The notes: a model not told the origin generated them from the sequence alone. Shown: positions 42,254-55,427, counted from the stretch's first letter. The stretch: 64,000 nucleotides of DNA from Eledone cirrhosa (GCA_964016885.1 OZ024744.1:34906001-34970000); one strand, 5' to 3'. Program-made: numbers and translations.

Positions 42254-45115
42254 AATTATTGTGTACAGTGCTCAGGTGCACTACAACTCATCAAAGGGGA
42301 TGTATAGTACATAGAATAATATACAAATGTCAGGGAAGTGAATAGTGTATGGGTCATGATATACATGTGTGTATGTGTATGGAGAGGGAATATTAGGTGT
42401 AGTGCTGGCGAATCTCAGGAAGCATGGAGGCCTTAAAGGATGCAGTGTCTCGACACCTAATAACTGATGCAGGTAGTTTGTTCCATGCTTCAGCAACTCT
42501 GAGCGTGAAATAATGTTTCCGAAAGTCATGGGAGCTGTGCTGTTTTCTGACTTTGTGGGCATGCCCACGTGTGTTAGATACATGGAAATCAAAAAGGTAC
42601 TCAGGGTTGTTGTTGGCAAGATGGTTAATAATTTTGTGGGTGTTTACCAAGTCAGTTGCCAGACGTCAGAACTTTAATGTATCCATGCCCAGGGAAGCAA
42701 GGCGTCAGAGTATGGTAGATGCCTGATGGAGGGTATTCGCTTGGTTGCACCTCTCTGAACAGTTTCCAGGCGGTCAATGTTCTGAGCAAGATAGGGGTTC
42801 CAGACTGGTGATGCAAATTCTAAGTGTGGCCGCACCATAGCTGTATAATGCTTTAAATAGATGGCTGGAGAGCGGCTGACAAAGATCTTGCTGAGTGATG
42901 CTAAGACACCCTCGGCCTTCTTGACAATTTTAGAGATGTGCTTCAGCCAATGCAAATCGCTGCTGACAGTAATGCCCAGGTCACGTTCACAAGAAGACTT
43001 CTTGATATTAGTGTTGTGGAGGGAGTATGTGCACACTGGGTTTTTACTCCCAAAATGCATGGTGGTACACTTGTCCACAGCTAGCTTGAGTTACCGGTCT
43101 GAGATCCATTGTTGCATTGTGTCCAGGTCAGATTGCAGGCAAGATCTATAGTGTTCAGGATCTGTCCTTTTTATCTCAAGGTACAGCTTGATGTCATCTG
43201 CATATTTCAGTACTGTGGCATTCTTTAAGTTGGCATCTATGTCATTAATATATTCCACAAAAACAAAAGGGGGCCAAGAACAGATCCCTGTGGTACACCA
43301 GATGACATCTCATACGGTGAGGAATGCTGTCCTAGAACCGTTACTACCTCTCTTCGACTGAGAATGAAGGACTTCAACCAGTTAAGAAAGATCATCCTTC
43401 ACACCCATTGCAGAGAGTTTTGCCATAAGTCTTTTGCGTGGTACAGAATTGAAAGCTTTAGCAAAGTCAAGGTAAACAACATCCACCCATGAGCCGCCAT
43501 CAGTGATCCGGGTGATGTCTTCAAGAAACTCGATAAGTTGATCACAGCAGCTTGAGTTAGGGATAAATCGAAATTGCGAGGGGCGGATAAGGCTGTGAGA
43601 ATTCCAGAAGTTCCAAAGCGTTTCTCTGACACAGGATTCCATCAGTTTGGCAATGCAGCTAGTAAGACTAACTGGACGATAGTTCACAGGTGATGTGCAG
43701 TCACCCTTTTTGAACAGCAGAATGACACTGGCAGTTTTCAACTGTTCTGGAGTAACACTGTTGTTCAGACAGAATTGGAAGAAGCGTGATAGCTGGTGCA
43801 GAAGGAAGTACCCACCACATTTGAGAAGCAGGTACGTAACACCATCAAGACCAGGAGAGGCATGGCTGTGTTTATTTTTAAGGTGAGGTCACAACATTGC
43901 AGGTGTAAATTCCATAGTTGTAATAGAATCCAATGTCAGAGGTGGTGGAGATGGTACACTCTGGTCTTCAATAGTGAAAATGCCTGCATAGCATTCAGCA
44001 ATGAGTTCTGCACATTCCTTGGGGTCGTCAGTAACCTGGCTTGTGTGGGGATTGCGAAGAGGACCAACTGGAGAGTGAGACCTCTGCTTTGAGTGAACAT
44101 ACCTCCAGAACATCTTACTGTCAGGGCTGGTTGCTATGCACTGCTCAAATTGAAGCACTGCCTTTTTTGTCACCTGTTTGAGATGGTTGGATGATTTATT
44201 TCGCTTCTTCTTATTGACATCTGATTTATGCAGTTTGTACTCACGTTCAGTATTACAACGTTCTTTTCTGGCAAAACGGACTGCTGCAGTCTCCCAAATT
44301 GCACTTTTGGGATGTTTTTTCTGCTTACGTGGTACCGATGCTGCACATGCTGTCCATATTGAGCTCAGGATCTTCTGGAGTACAGTGTCGACCGAATGTA
44401 GACCATTACACCACCACCACGACGATTATTGCGGTCTTTATGAAACAAGTTGTAGCCAGTTATGCTGAAAACCCCATCACAGAGTAAGGAATGTGCCCAA
44501 GTTTCCGTGACTGTAATGAAGTCAGGGTTGATACTTTTGACGTAGGAGTCAAAAAGATGAATCTTATTTCATAGACTACGTGCATTCAAGGACAACAATT
44601 TGTAGCTTGATTCCAGTCTATGATTATGTGCAGGGGATGGCAGGTTGTTCTGATTTAGTTTCCCAGAGTTTTTTCGTTTTTTTATTGTCAGTTGTTGTGG
44701 ATACAGTGTTTTCAGACCAGCTGGTATCTCTTTTCTCCATGTTTCACCAGCCTTAATAAACTTCCATATCTGCCCATCATCACATAGGCTGAAGCTTTCA
44801 TGTCCTCCGAGCTACGGTTTAAGGAAGCTGCAGCACGCAGCTTTGGGCGGACATCATGTGGAAGACCAGGGCCTGTTCGAAAGGCAATCCGACTTTCACG
44901 CCTAGCTTTATCAGAGGCCAAAAGATATGAACGTGCCTCAGTTGAGTTCGAAAAAGACAGTCTAATTAGCCTGGGTTTCGGACCTGGTCAGCCAAGGCGT
45001 AGAGCACCCTTTGGGGGAGCACAGCCCAAGTCTTTGGATGAATTGGCAGCAAATGTCTGTAGATCAACTATGTCTTCTGGTACACCAATGGCAATCACTT
45101 CGTGGTTTACAGATT
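42250..45115 (-). mobile_element. CR1-clade LINE, degenerate, with ORF1 remnant and (TTA)n tail
   Basis: NYRPVSLTS, YLDFAKAF, YADD, RDLG, VRPHLEFASPVWNP, TRGH..K...RV..WNKLP. Confidence 0.88.
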
Positions 45116-45265
45116 CAGTGGCATTCTCAAAACGGAAGAGGTACACAGAAACTTTTAGTATATTTTTAATGAAATACACTGCCTATGATATTTTCAAATA
45201 ATTTTGGAGATAATCAAGCATTTTGAAGGATTTAGCTATATAACTTTCTCATTATTTATCTTGTA

Positions 45266-45695
45266 GGGCGGTGGATTGGCAGTATCGGTAGAGCACCAGA
45301 CACCATGCTTTGCAACATAGAGTTATGGCCCTTTGTGTTCTGATTTTAAATCCTGCTGGGGTTAGCTGCTTTGCCTTTCATCCTTACAGGGTTGATAAAA
45401 TAAAGTACCAGTAAAACACTGGTGTCGATTTAATCGACTTTCCTCGCCCCCAAAATTATTGACCTTGTGCCTATAATAGAAATCATTATTTATCTGGTGT
45501 AGGGCAGTGGATTGGCAGTATTGGTAGAGGGTCAAACGCCATGCTTTGTAGCATAGAGTTACGGCCATTTATGATCTGAGTTCAAATCCCGCCGAGGTTA
45601 ACTTTGCCTTTCATACATACGAGATCAATAAAATAAAGTACCAGTCATGCACTGGGATATTTGCTGGCCTTGTACCAAAAGTAGAAACAATTATT
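45266..45695 (+). mobile_element. Two tandem tRNA-derived SINEs (family also at ~9946-10160+, 26385-26530+, 53568-54047- x3, 58335-58523-, 61010-61408+ x2)
   Basis: A-box-like ttggcagtatcggtagag, B-box gagttcaaatcc, and shared core tttgcctttcatcc...gataaaataaagtaccagt. Confidence 0.8.
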
Positions 45696-46245
45696 TATCT
45701 AGTGTCTGGAATATAACTTAAAAATATAACTAACATTCTCTTAGCTTAGAACATAAAATTCTTACATAAAATTATGATGGACGGTTTTAGATAAGCACTT
45801 TTATATTGTAGAACCAGGGACAGTTTCAGGCAGTTTGGTATCAAAAGAGTTAATATGCAGATTGATTTATTTCATGGTTTCATGTTCAATATCACAGTTA
45901 GATTTTTTTGTTTTTTAGTTTTTGCATATATGCAGGAACAGTTATGATCTGAGGTAGTCTTCCAAACCATTCCGTTCTCTGTAAACTGTGCACATTAAAT
46001 AGATTATATTCCTAGCCAAATGTTCTCTATTCAGCTACTCAGTAGGAATTCATTGCTCTTTCTTCTCTTACTACCATGTAGCATCTATTATTTCACACAC
46101 ATTTTCCTACCATTGCATTTATTGCTACTGCTACTGCTACTGCTACTACTACTACTACTACAACCACCACCATTACTGCTTCTACTGCTGCCACCGCCAC
46201 TAGCACAACAACAACCACCACCAAACCCACCACCACCACCACCAT

Positions 46246-46291
<46 letters not shown>

Positions 46292-46389
46292 GCTGCTGCT
46301 ACTGTAGAAACCATGCCAAAAATGGAGCACATGAGCATGATATAGTCACCTAACCTTTAAAGCCTCTCTATATATGACATCCCATCTGG

Positions 46390-47790
46390 TAGTGGTTGGT
46401 GGTGGGGGTAGTGGTGGTGGTGTGGTGGTGGTGGTAGTGGTGGTGGGGGTAGTGGTGATGGTGGTAGTGGTGGTGGTGGTGGTGATGAGGATGGTGATGG
46501 TGGTAGTGGTGGTGATGAGGATGGTGATGGTGTGGTGGTGGTGGTGGTGGTGATGATGAGGATGGTGTGATGGTGGTAGTGGTGGTGATGAGGATGGTGT
46601 GATGGTGGTAGTGGTGGTGGTGAGGATGGTGATGGTAGTGGTGGTGGTGAGGATGGTGTGATGGTGGTAGTGGTGGTGATGAGGATGGTGATGGTAGTGG
46701 TGGTCGTGAGGATGGTGTGATGGTGGTAGTGGTGGTGATGAGGATGGTGATGGTGGTAGTGGTGGTGATGAGGATGGTGATGGTGGTAGTGGTGGTGATG
46801 AGGATGGTGATGGTGGTAGTGGTGGTGATGAGGATGGTGATGGTGGTAGTGGTGGTGATGAGGATGGTGATGGTGTGGTGGTGGTGGTGGTGGTGATGAT
46901 GAGGATGGTGTGATGGTGGTAGTGGTGGTGATGAGGATGGTGTGATGGTGGTAGTGGTGGTGGTGAGGATGGTGATGGTAGTGGTGGTGGTGAGGATGGT
47001 GTGATGGTGGTAGTGGTGGTGATGAGGATGGTGATGGTAGTGGTGGTCGTGAGGATGGTGTGATGGTGGTAGTGGTGGTGATGAGGATGGTGATGGTGGT
47101 AGTGGTGGTGATGAGGATGGTGATGGTGGTAGTGGTGGTGATGAGGATGGTGATGGTGGTAGTGGTGGTGGTGAGGATGGTGATGGTGTGGTGGTGATGA
47201 GGATGGTGATGGTGGTAGTGATGAGGATGGTGAAGGTGGTGGTGGTGAGGATGGTGATGGTGTGGTGGTGGTGGTGGTGGTGATGATGAGGATGGTGATG
47301 GTGGTAGTGGTGGTGATGAGGATGGTGTGATGGTGGTAGTGGTGGTGATGAGGATGGTGTGATGGTGGTAGTGGTGGTGGTGAGCATGGTGATGGTAGTA
47401 GTGGTCGTGAGGATGGTGTGATGGTGGTAGTGGTGGTGATGAGGATGGTGATGGTGTGGTAGTGATGAGGATGGTGATGGTGGTAGTGGTAGTGATGAGT
47501 ATGGTGGTGGTGGTGGTGGTGATGTGGATGGTGATGGTGGTAGTGGTGGTGATGGTGGTGATGAGGATGGTGGTGGTGGTGAGGATGGTGATGGTGGTAG
47601 TGGTGGTGATGAGGATGGTGGTGGTGAGGATGGTGATGGTGTGGTGGTGGTGGTGGTGATGATGAGGATGGTGATGGTGGTGGTGATGATGAGGATGGTG
47701 ATGGTGGTAGTGGTGGTGATGAGGATGGTGATGGTGGTGGTGATGATGAGGATGGTGGTGGTGGTGGTGGTGGTGGAGATAGTGGTGGTT
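46390..47790. repeat. Complex (GGT/GAT) minisatellite with ~30-bp unit GATGAGGATGGTGATGGTGGTAGTGGTGGT
   Basis: Visible tandem units. Produces spurious His/Thr/Pro ORFs. Confidence 0.9.
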
Positions 47791-48017
47791 ATGATGATGA
47801 TCATCATCACATGATGAAAACACTGATAAATCAAAAACATCAGACAAGAGGAGCTGTCATTTACATTGAAAACATGATAACACATGAAGTTAAGTTAGAT
47901 TCAAGTACTGGCAGTCTATGGTGTTTTGGTAAATATCAACACACTAGATAGCTTAACTTTTATATTTTTTGTGAAACAGAGTATATTTATTCATTAAGTG
48001 GAACAGTGAAAAACAAC

Positions 48018-48335
48018 AAAGTCAGAAAACAGCACAGCTCCCATGACTTTCGGAAACATATTTTCCCGCTCAGAGTTGCTGAAACATCTAACAAACTCCC
48101 TGCATCAGTTGTTAGCTGTCGAGACACTGCATCCTTTAAAACCTCCATACTTCCTGAGATTTGCCAACACTACACCTTATATTACCCCTCCATACACACG
48201 CACACATGTATTTCATGGCTCATACAATATTCACTTCCCTGACATTTGTACATTATTCTATGTACTATAAATGCACCTTTGACGAGTTGTAGTGCACCTG
48301 AGCACTGTACACAATAATTTCATTATTATTATTAT
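48018..48335 (+). mobile_element. 3' fragment of the same CR1 family
   Basis: KVRKQHSSHDFRKH..LRVAE and 3' UTR match the reverse complement of 42250-42555. Confidence 0.85.
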
Positions 48336-48758
48336 TTTAACAACTGTCACTTGCAATAAAATATAACTTGATTCTATGCTTTTGATAGAGCTTTCCTGAG
48401 CCTATATTTAACGGAAAATCCTTTAGCTTCCATAGTTTCCTTCTCCAAATTTTCCAGTGTTTATTCTGTGCTTATTCTGATGTCACTAAAAACTAACTTA
48501 CGTTGTATAGTACATTCTTCTTGGGGGAAAGATTTAACATTCATAACCATCTGTCTATCTCATTTTATAACAATTAAAATTCGAACTGGTTTGTGTGTTC
48601 ACCTGATTAGTAGATAATCAAGTGGCTGACTGGTTTCTTAAAATGAGTGTTGTAGCTATTTAATTCATTTGCATTACAGAATTCTAAGAACCTTACTCAC
48701 TCTTCATTTCTTTAGCCAATAACCTTAGCCACTGTGTACACCAGTGAATCCATAAATC

Positions 48759-48815
<57 letters not shown>

Positions 48816-48833
48816 GTATATATGTATGAGTAT

Positions 48834-50168
48834 ACAGAGATTGATATGCAGCACATTTTGAATGCATTTTCTGACGCTTGCACTGCCCTAGGATTGACTG
48901 TCAGTCTCAAGAAAACCGTCCTCATGTACCAGCCTGCCACTGGTAAGCAGTACACTGAACCAAATATCTATGTGTATGGTAAACGACTTGGAGTGGTTGA
49001 TCAGTTTGTCTACCTGGGAAGCACTGTCAATCGATACAGCAACCTTGATAGTGAAATCTCACTTAGGATTAGGAAAGCAAGTGATGCTTTCGGAAAGCTA
49101 GAAAGGCGACTCTGGGGTCGGCGAGACATATGCAAGAAGACAAAGGTAAAGGTGTACAAGGCATGTGCTCTCTTCTCTTCTTTATGCCTGTGAGACCTGG
49201 CTCACATATCGACACCACCTTAAGCAATTGGAGCGTTTCCATCAGATGTGTCTCAGAAGGATCCATGGCGTTCACTGGAGGGGACCACATCAGTGATATC
49301 GAGATTTTTGAAAGCTCTATGTGTGACAGTATAGAAGCTCTTGTGCTTAAGCAACGACTCCGTTGGAGTGGTCACCTTGCCAGGATGAAGGATTCTAGAA
49401 TAGCAAAACAACTCTTTAATGGAGAGTTAGTTAAAGGAAAACGACAGCCACATAAACCAAAAAAGAGGTATAAGGATTCCTTGAAAGCCGCTTTGAAAGA
49501 CGCTAACATCTCTGCTGATACATGGGAAAATATTGCTGCTGATCGTAATAAATGGAGAAAGACTGTATATGAGGGAAAAGTTGCCTTTGAGGCATCTCGA
49601 ATCGCATACGAGAAAGTAAAGCGGGATGTGAGGAAGGGCATTGCTGTTGCACTTCCAGTCGGCGAGGGTCCTCCTATGGTGCTAACATGCAGCGTCTGTA
49701 CGAGACTCTGCCTAAGCAAAGCTGGACTCGAAAGTCATCTTCGCAGTCATAAAGTAAGACCAGTGGTTGACTACCATTGCTACTCATCATGTTTGCCAAA
49801 CATGTGGTAGAGAATATAAATCAGCAGGAGGGCTCAAGCGACATGCAAAAGTACACGAACTCCAACCACAGCCGACTATTCCCAGTGAATGTTTTGGTTG
49901 CCGATCTGTGCAAGACATTTTAGATCATTGGCTGGGCTAAAAAGCCACATTCGATCGCAGCGCTGTTAATTGCTATCGGGTGTGTGTGTGTGTATAGATA
50001 TGTTTATGTGTGTGCGTGTGTGTGTATATATATATGTATATTATTATTTTTGTTGTTGTCGTTATTATTATTGTTGTTATTATTATTATTATTATTTTTA
50101 TTAATATATATATTTTTTTTTTTTTTTCTCGGCAATAGCCATACTCGATAACGAGGGGGCAGCCATCA
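48834..50168 (+). mobile_element. Second, 5'-truncated copy of the C2H2-bearing RTE
   Basis: Near-identical to the reverse complement of 17013-18460, including the microsatellite-rich 3' UTR and the terminal gcca.actcgataacgaggggg.agccatc. Confidence 0.9.
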
Positions 50169-50303
50169 TATATGTATATATATATGTATGTATATATATT
50201 GTATATGTATATGTATACATATATATATAGTTTTAATATAGATGAGATTCTACAGGACTAAAACTGTTTCATTCTTTAGAAATCATCCGGAATAACTTAC
50301 CTA

Positions 50304-50356
<53 letters not shown>

Positions 50357-50409
50357 CACAAGGATGCACTTAATTAATTTTATGTTGTTGTTGGTGTTGT
50401 TTCTTGCAG

Positions 50410-50525
50410 GACGTTATGAGACGTTTGGTCAGCCGGTATATCCACCAGACCAAGAAGCAATTACGTCAAGATGGTGTCAATGAAGATGATTTGTTGGAGA
50501 TTAAACAAGACATATCCAGTTTAAG
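50410..50525 (+). CDS. Penultimate coding exon of a TRPC-family (TRP/TRPL/TRP-gamma-like) channel, C-terminal coiled-coil region
   Basis: Acceptor ttcttgcag/GAC at 50409. Encodes DVMRRLVSRYIHQTKKQLRQDGVNEDDLLEIKQDISSLR, matching the TRPC motif YQ.VMR.LV.RY...V.EDD..EIKQDISS.RYEL. Ends AG/gcaag (GC donor, phase 2). Confidence 0.9.
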
Positions 50526-50889
50526 GCAAGAATTTATTCTTACAAAAGAGGCTGCTTTTTTCTGTGTGTGTGTGTGCATATATTTGTGTGCATATGTGTG
50601 TGTGTATGTGTGTGTATGTATATGTGTGTGTGTGCATGTGTATGTATATCATACATCTTCTGACATATATGACCATAGGATTTGCACCTAGAAAGTTCTC
50701 CTTTGAGGCATATACCCAGGCAAGGTGTTTTTGTGAAAAACCTCCAGTAACCCATACATACCAGTGCCCTTTCTTCATATCACTGATGATGTCCAATGGT
50801 AAGGCAAAGACCAATACACCTTGGCATTAGTGATGTCGCAATATATATACATATATATAGATATAGATATATATATACGTTATATATAT

Positions 50890-51485
50890 ATCATCATCAT
50901 TTTACGTCTGCTTTTCCCTGCTTGCAAGGGTGGGACGGGAACTGATTCTGGCTTGATTTCTACAGCTGGATGCCCTTCCTAACACCAACCTCATTTACAG
51001 TGAGTGTTGGGTGGTTTTTTGCCGTGGCACCTCCACGACCACTTTACAGTGAGTGCTGGGTGCTTTTTTGCTGTGGCACCTCTACGACCACTTGGCAGTG
51101 AAATGATAGGGACCCCAGTCCTATCATCTCATTTCTACAGCTAAGTAAACTGGAGCAATGTAACATAAAGTGTCTTGCTCAAGGAAACAACACATCACCC
51201 GGTCTGAGAATTGAACTCACAACCTTTTGATTGCAAAGCCAAACCACTAAGCCATGTGCCTATATATATATAGACAGTCCACGCTGTGATGTGGCCATGT
51301 AGGTAACACGGTAAAAACCTCCCAGTCCACACTATAAATGTGGTTGGTGTTAGGAAGGGCATCCAGCCGTAGAAAACCTGCCAGATTGTCCCATACGAGT
51401 GAGACAACCAATCTTGCCTCAAGTGGGACAATTCCCATCTAAACCCATGCTAGCGTGGAAGATAGACGTTAAACGATAATGATGA
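50890..51485. mobile_element. Non-autonomous repeats with RTE-like (ATG)n tails, some with a tRNA head (also ~8425-8540, 8970-9220, 13090-13335, 28990-29315, 30830-31180, 57920-58140)
   Basis: Shared blocks gtttaacgtcc..ttcca.gc and cagctggatgcccttcctaacaccaacc. The tail matches the RTE 3' end at 1120-1170. Confidence 0.7.
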
Positions 51486-52396
51486 TAGACATATATATAT
51501 ATATATATATAGATATATATACGTTATATATATATAAATACACTATATATGATGTTGTCGAATGGAAAGGCAAAGGCCGATAAAGCTTGACACCTGTGAT
51601 GTCAAAGTGTCTTCCTTACCAACAAATTGCACTACCTGGTCCAAGATTCAAACCCAATCATGAGCTAAGCATCCTCACCAATAACTTACAAACAATTTCT
51701 TTGTGGGAGATTTTGCTGTCATTTCTAGCAGGTCAGCCAACTACTTTGATGCTCTTGTAGAAGCATTATCAATGTTGTTATTTAGTTCCAGATCATACTT
51801 GATTTAGCAGACCAATAACCTGCTCTCAGGCATGTCACTAGGTTTTAGTGTCTAGGATTGGGGTTGGGATTGGAGTTGGGGTTCAGAACATTCTAGGGGA
51901 GCACACTTTTGCAAGTAACATATTTCAGGGTGTTTTTTTTTTTTATATAAACTCTATTTTCTAAATGTAAGGGTGCTCCATTGTGGAGGTGTAATAAGGG
52001 TGTTGGACTTACAATCATAATGTCATGGGTTTCATTCCTGAACTGGGTTATTGTGTGCTGTATTGATGAATCCAGTAAACTCAGCTGAGAATGAGTACCA
52101 GTAATAGCTAGAGGATTTACCCTGTGATGGACTGGTGACCTGTCCAGGGAGGAGTCTTGTACTCTCACTGGCTTCACCCCACAAAAACTGGGATAAGCAT
52201 CGGCCTGATGAGCCCCCAGGCTCAAGAGAGACTTTAGGAACTTAGACCATTGAAAAGAAAGGGGGCAATGTCATTCAGTTCCCCAACTCCACCCTTGGTA
52301 ATGGACGGCCCCAACCTGATGCATACCAGTCATGATGATTTCATGTTTTAGGAATATCTAAACCCATATTATCCAACAAATCCTTTGTTTCTTTAA

Positions 52397-52609
52397 CCCT
52401 TTAGCATTTAAACCGGCTATATCCAGCCAGAACTCTCTCACCTCTTCTGTTCAAGCCAGTCATACCGACATTAAGGTATTGTTCTCAAAATATAAAATAA
52501 CAAAATCAAAATCTCGTAGATTCAACATTATGTAAGATAATTATGTGAGGTAAAGCCTTTTACTGTGAAAATATAATAGTGAATATAAAGTAATGTAAAT
52601 GCTAATGGG
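52397..52609. mobile_element. piggyBac-type MITE
   Basis: TTAA-CCCTTTAGCATTTA ... TAAATGCTAATGGG-TTAA. Confidence 0.75.
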
Positions 52610-54115
52610 TTAAATGTCATAGTGTGATTTCTGGGATATTTTGCTCCTATTTCTAGCAGACTAAGTGGTCCAGTAGTGAATCCGCTTTGGCTTGTGTGTG
52701 CATATGTTTGTTTTTTCTGGAATATAGTTCATTTCCCAGATAAAATATAATTTTACTGCCCCAATGGCTAAAAACACCTTCAACCTTCACATTCATTGTT
52801 TCTCAGCTTTTTTTTTACATTAAAATAATTTTTTTTTTTTCACTTTTCACCATATCTATTTAGAACAGGAAAAAAAGTATTGTGGTTATTTGTTCTCTGT
52901 GTTCAAATCCCACTAATATCAACTTTGTTTTTCTGCCCTTTGGAGTCCATAAAATAAAGTACCTATCAAATACGGGAGTTAATTTTTTTGATTTCTTCTT
53001 TATTTCTCTCTTTTACTATCTCTGAATTTTGCTATAACCAACAAGATGGTATAATGAGAAATCACCTAAAGGAAGGCAACAGGAAACCAGCTGTTGCTAA
53101 TCGGCTTGCTAAAAATAGCAACCAATTTTCCCCAAATCACACTTTTCATCTTCGTTGCCCATTTATTCCTGAGAGTTTCATGAAGCCAAAGGCCTCATTA
53201 CACCTTCCAGAAGGTCTGGAAATAATCGTCATCAAATGATCCAGCTGGATACCCAACCAAGACTAAATAACGTTATGGATTTTATCCAACCATCTTGTTC
53301 GTGGTTTACATCTGGGTACTCTGCTGGTTGATTTCTGCCCATAAAATCTTTCCACTTATTCTTTCCTTAGACATTCTAACCACATATCAGTTGTGCTGGA
53401 GCTGTGATCTCTCAGTGTGAAGAAGTAGTGGCTCTACTTGGAGTGACTCAAATCCCACACCACTTCCTTTGAGCACAGACTTATTGAATAATGTTGTTCT
53501 AGATACATAATATCTGAACAAGAAAGATGAAATGACTGAAACCTGTAAAACAATGATTTCTGATTTAGACACAAGGCCAACAATTTTAGGGGAATATCAA
53601 CCCTTGAAAATGAAATGCAAAGCTAACCTCGGCAGGATTTGAACTCAGAACATAAAGGGCCATAATTCTATGATGCAAAGCATATTGTCTGACACCCTAC
53701 TGATACTGCCAATTCACCACCCTCTAAAATAATTGTTTCTACTTTAGGCACAAAGCCAGCAATTACTCAGGACATTACTGGTACTTTATTTTATCGACCC
53801 CGTAAGGATGAAAGGCAAAGTTAACCTCAGCGGGATTTGAACTCAGACTGTAAAGGGATGTAACTATGCTAGAAATATGATTTCTAGTATACCCCAGTAC
53901 ATTACTGGTGCTTTATTTCATCGACCCCGTAAGGATGAAAGGCAAAGTTAACCATGGCGGGATTTGATCTCAGACCGTAAAGGGCCGTAACTCTATGCTG
54001 CAACGTATAGTGTCCGACTCTCTACCGATACTGCCAATGCACTGCCCTAACTACCCTCTAAAATAATAAAAGAATTGATGTGTTTATATCTCAATTGTAT
54101 AATTTATGTTTGCAG

Positions 54116-54557
54116 GTACGAACTACGGGAAGATCGGAAAAGAGAAGCTGCTCGCGCAAGTGGACACATTGACAGTTTAAAAAGAGACATAATCCATTCA
54201 CTGCGTGGCTCTTCCCCAAATTCAAGTCCTTTACGTAGTTCGAGCATTGACAAAGGGCAACAGCTTCAGCAATATCATATACAACAAAGTCAACCACAGC
54301 AAATGCATGCACAACAACAGCAGCAGCATCAGTCACAGCAACAGCATCAACCAACGAGCTCGTTGTCACTGCTGACTCAACAGGACTTGGAGAGTTTGAA
54401 ACGGGGAATAGTAAGCAGCATTAAAAATGAAATGCGCGAGGTGATCGCAGAAGCAATTCAACAATCCACAGCCAACCTTAACAACAACACCCCACCATTG
54501 GTTCTGCCCTCAATAAACTCAGAATTATACCACACACACTTATACACACAATTATGA
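54116..54557 (+). CDS. Terminal coding exon of the same TRPC-family channel
   Basis: Acceptor tttgcag/G-TAC-GAA-CTA completes R-YELR in phase with the previous exon. Contains a Gln-rich stretch, ends ...YHTHLYTQL, stop TGA at 54555-54557. Confidence 0.88.
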
Positions 54558-54840
54558 TTGGGAATATTAATTAAGATTGATAGAAAAAAAAACATTTTTG
54601 AAAAAACAAATCATATAATATTCAAGGTGTTTTTGATTTGATTTGTTAGTTGTTTTTTTTTAATGGTTTATTGATTTGAGTGAAGTAGAAATCAAAGATA
54701 TGCAAATAACCTAATAAGAGTACCTATAAAAATGGATATCATTCTCAGGTTAATGAAGTTTAGAAAAAAAAAAAAAATTATTTCATTTACCATCATTTTT
54801 TTCTTTATATTATTTGACATTTGATATTCCACCTGCAAAA

Positions 54841-54890
<50 letters not shown>

Positions 54891-54984
54891 GAATTAGGGT
54901 TATATGCACATACTTGAGAAATATATACATACATATATGTGTACGTGTATGTGGATATGCAAGCGTGGAAGATGGACGTTAAAC

Positions 54985-55062
<78 letters not shown>

Positions 55063-55154
55063 ATGTATAATATAATATATATATATATTAGATTATATAA
55101 ATTAATAAAAACAATGAAATAAAAACAAAGAACAAGTTCCTTATATTAAAAAAA

Positions 55155-55294
55155 TCATCATTTTACGATCGTTTCTAGGATGTATATATATGTGTGTTGG
55201 TATGTATATCATATAGATCTATGTAAAAATATTACAAATTATCAGAGGAAATATACATACCTTCACATATACATGCTGTCCTCAGAAATGATGA
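55155..55294 (-). ncRNA. Type I hammerhead with ~103-nt stem II (left arm of palindrome)
   Basis: Minus strand TCATCATTT-CTGAGGA-long self-complementary stem II-GAAA-CGATCG-TA/AAATGATGA. Stem I is 9 bp. Confidence 0.7.
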
Positions 55295-55295
55295 G

Positions 55296-55427
55296 ATTTC
55301 TGAAGACAGCATGTATATGTGAAGGTATGTATATTTCCTCTGATAATTTGTAATATTTTTACATAGATCTATATGATATACATACCAACACACATATATA
55401 TATACATCCTAGAAACGATCGTAAAAT
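55296..55427 (+). ncRNA. Type I hammerhead with ~105-nt stem II (right arm of palindrome)
   Basis: ATTT-CTGAAGA(55300-55306)...GAAA(55412-55415)-CGATCG-TA/AAAT. Stem I is shortened to 4 bp at the inversion point. Confidence 0.65.

Noticed and set aside
46357-47885. 496- and 505-aa His/Thr/Pro-rich ORFs
   Set aside because: These are translations of a minisatellite with no domain or splice support.
50784-50830. CTGATGA near 50784 (and tcatcag near 58183)
   Set aside because: No GAAA or stems. Part of SINE-like repeats.
52205-52225. CTGATGA-GCC..GGC as a hammerhead
   Set aside because: No GAAA or stem I. It is the tail hairpin of a SINE at ~52000-52237.
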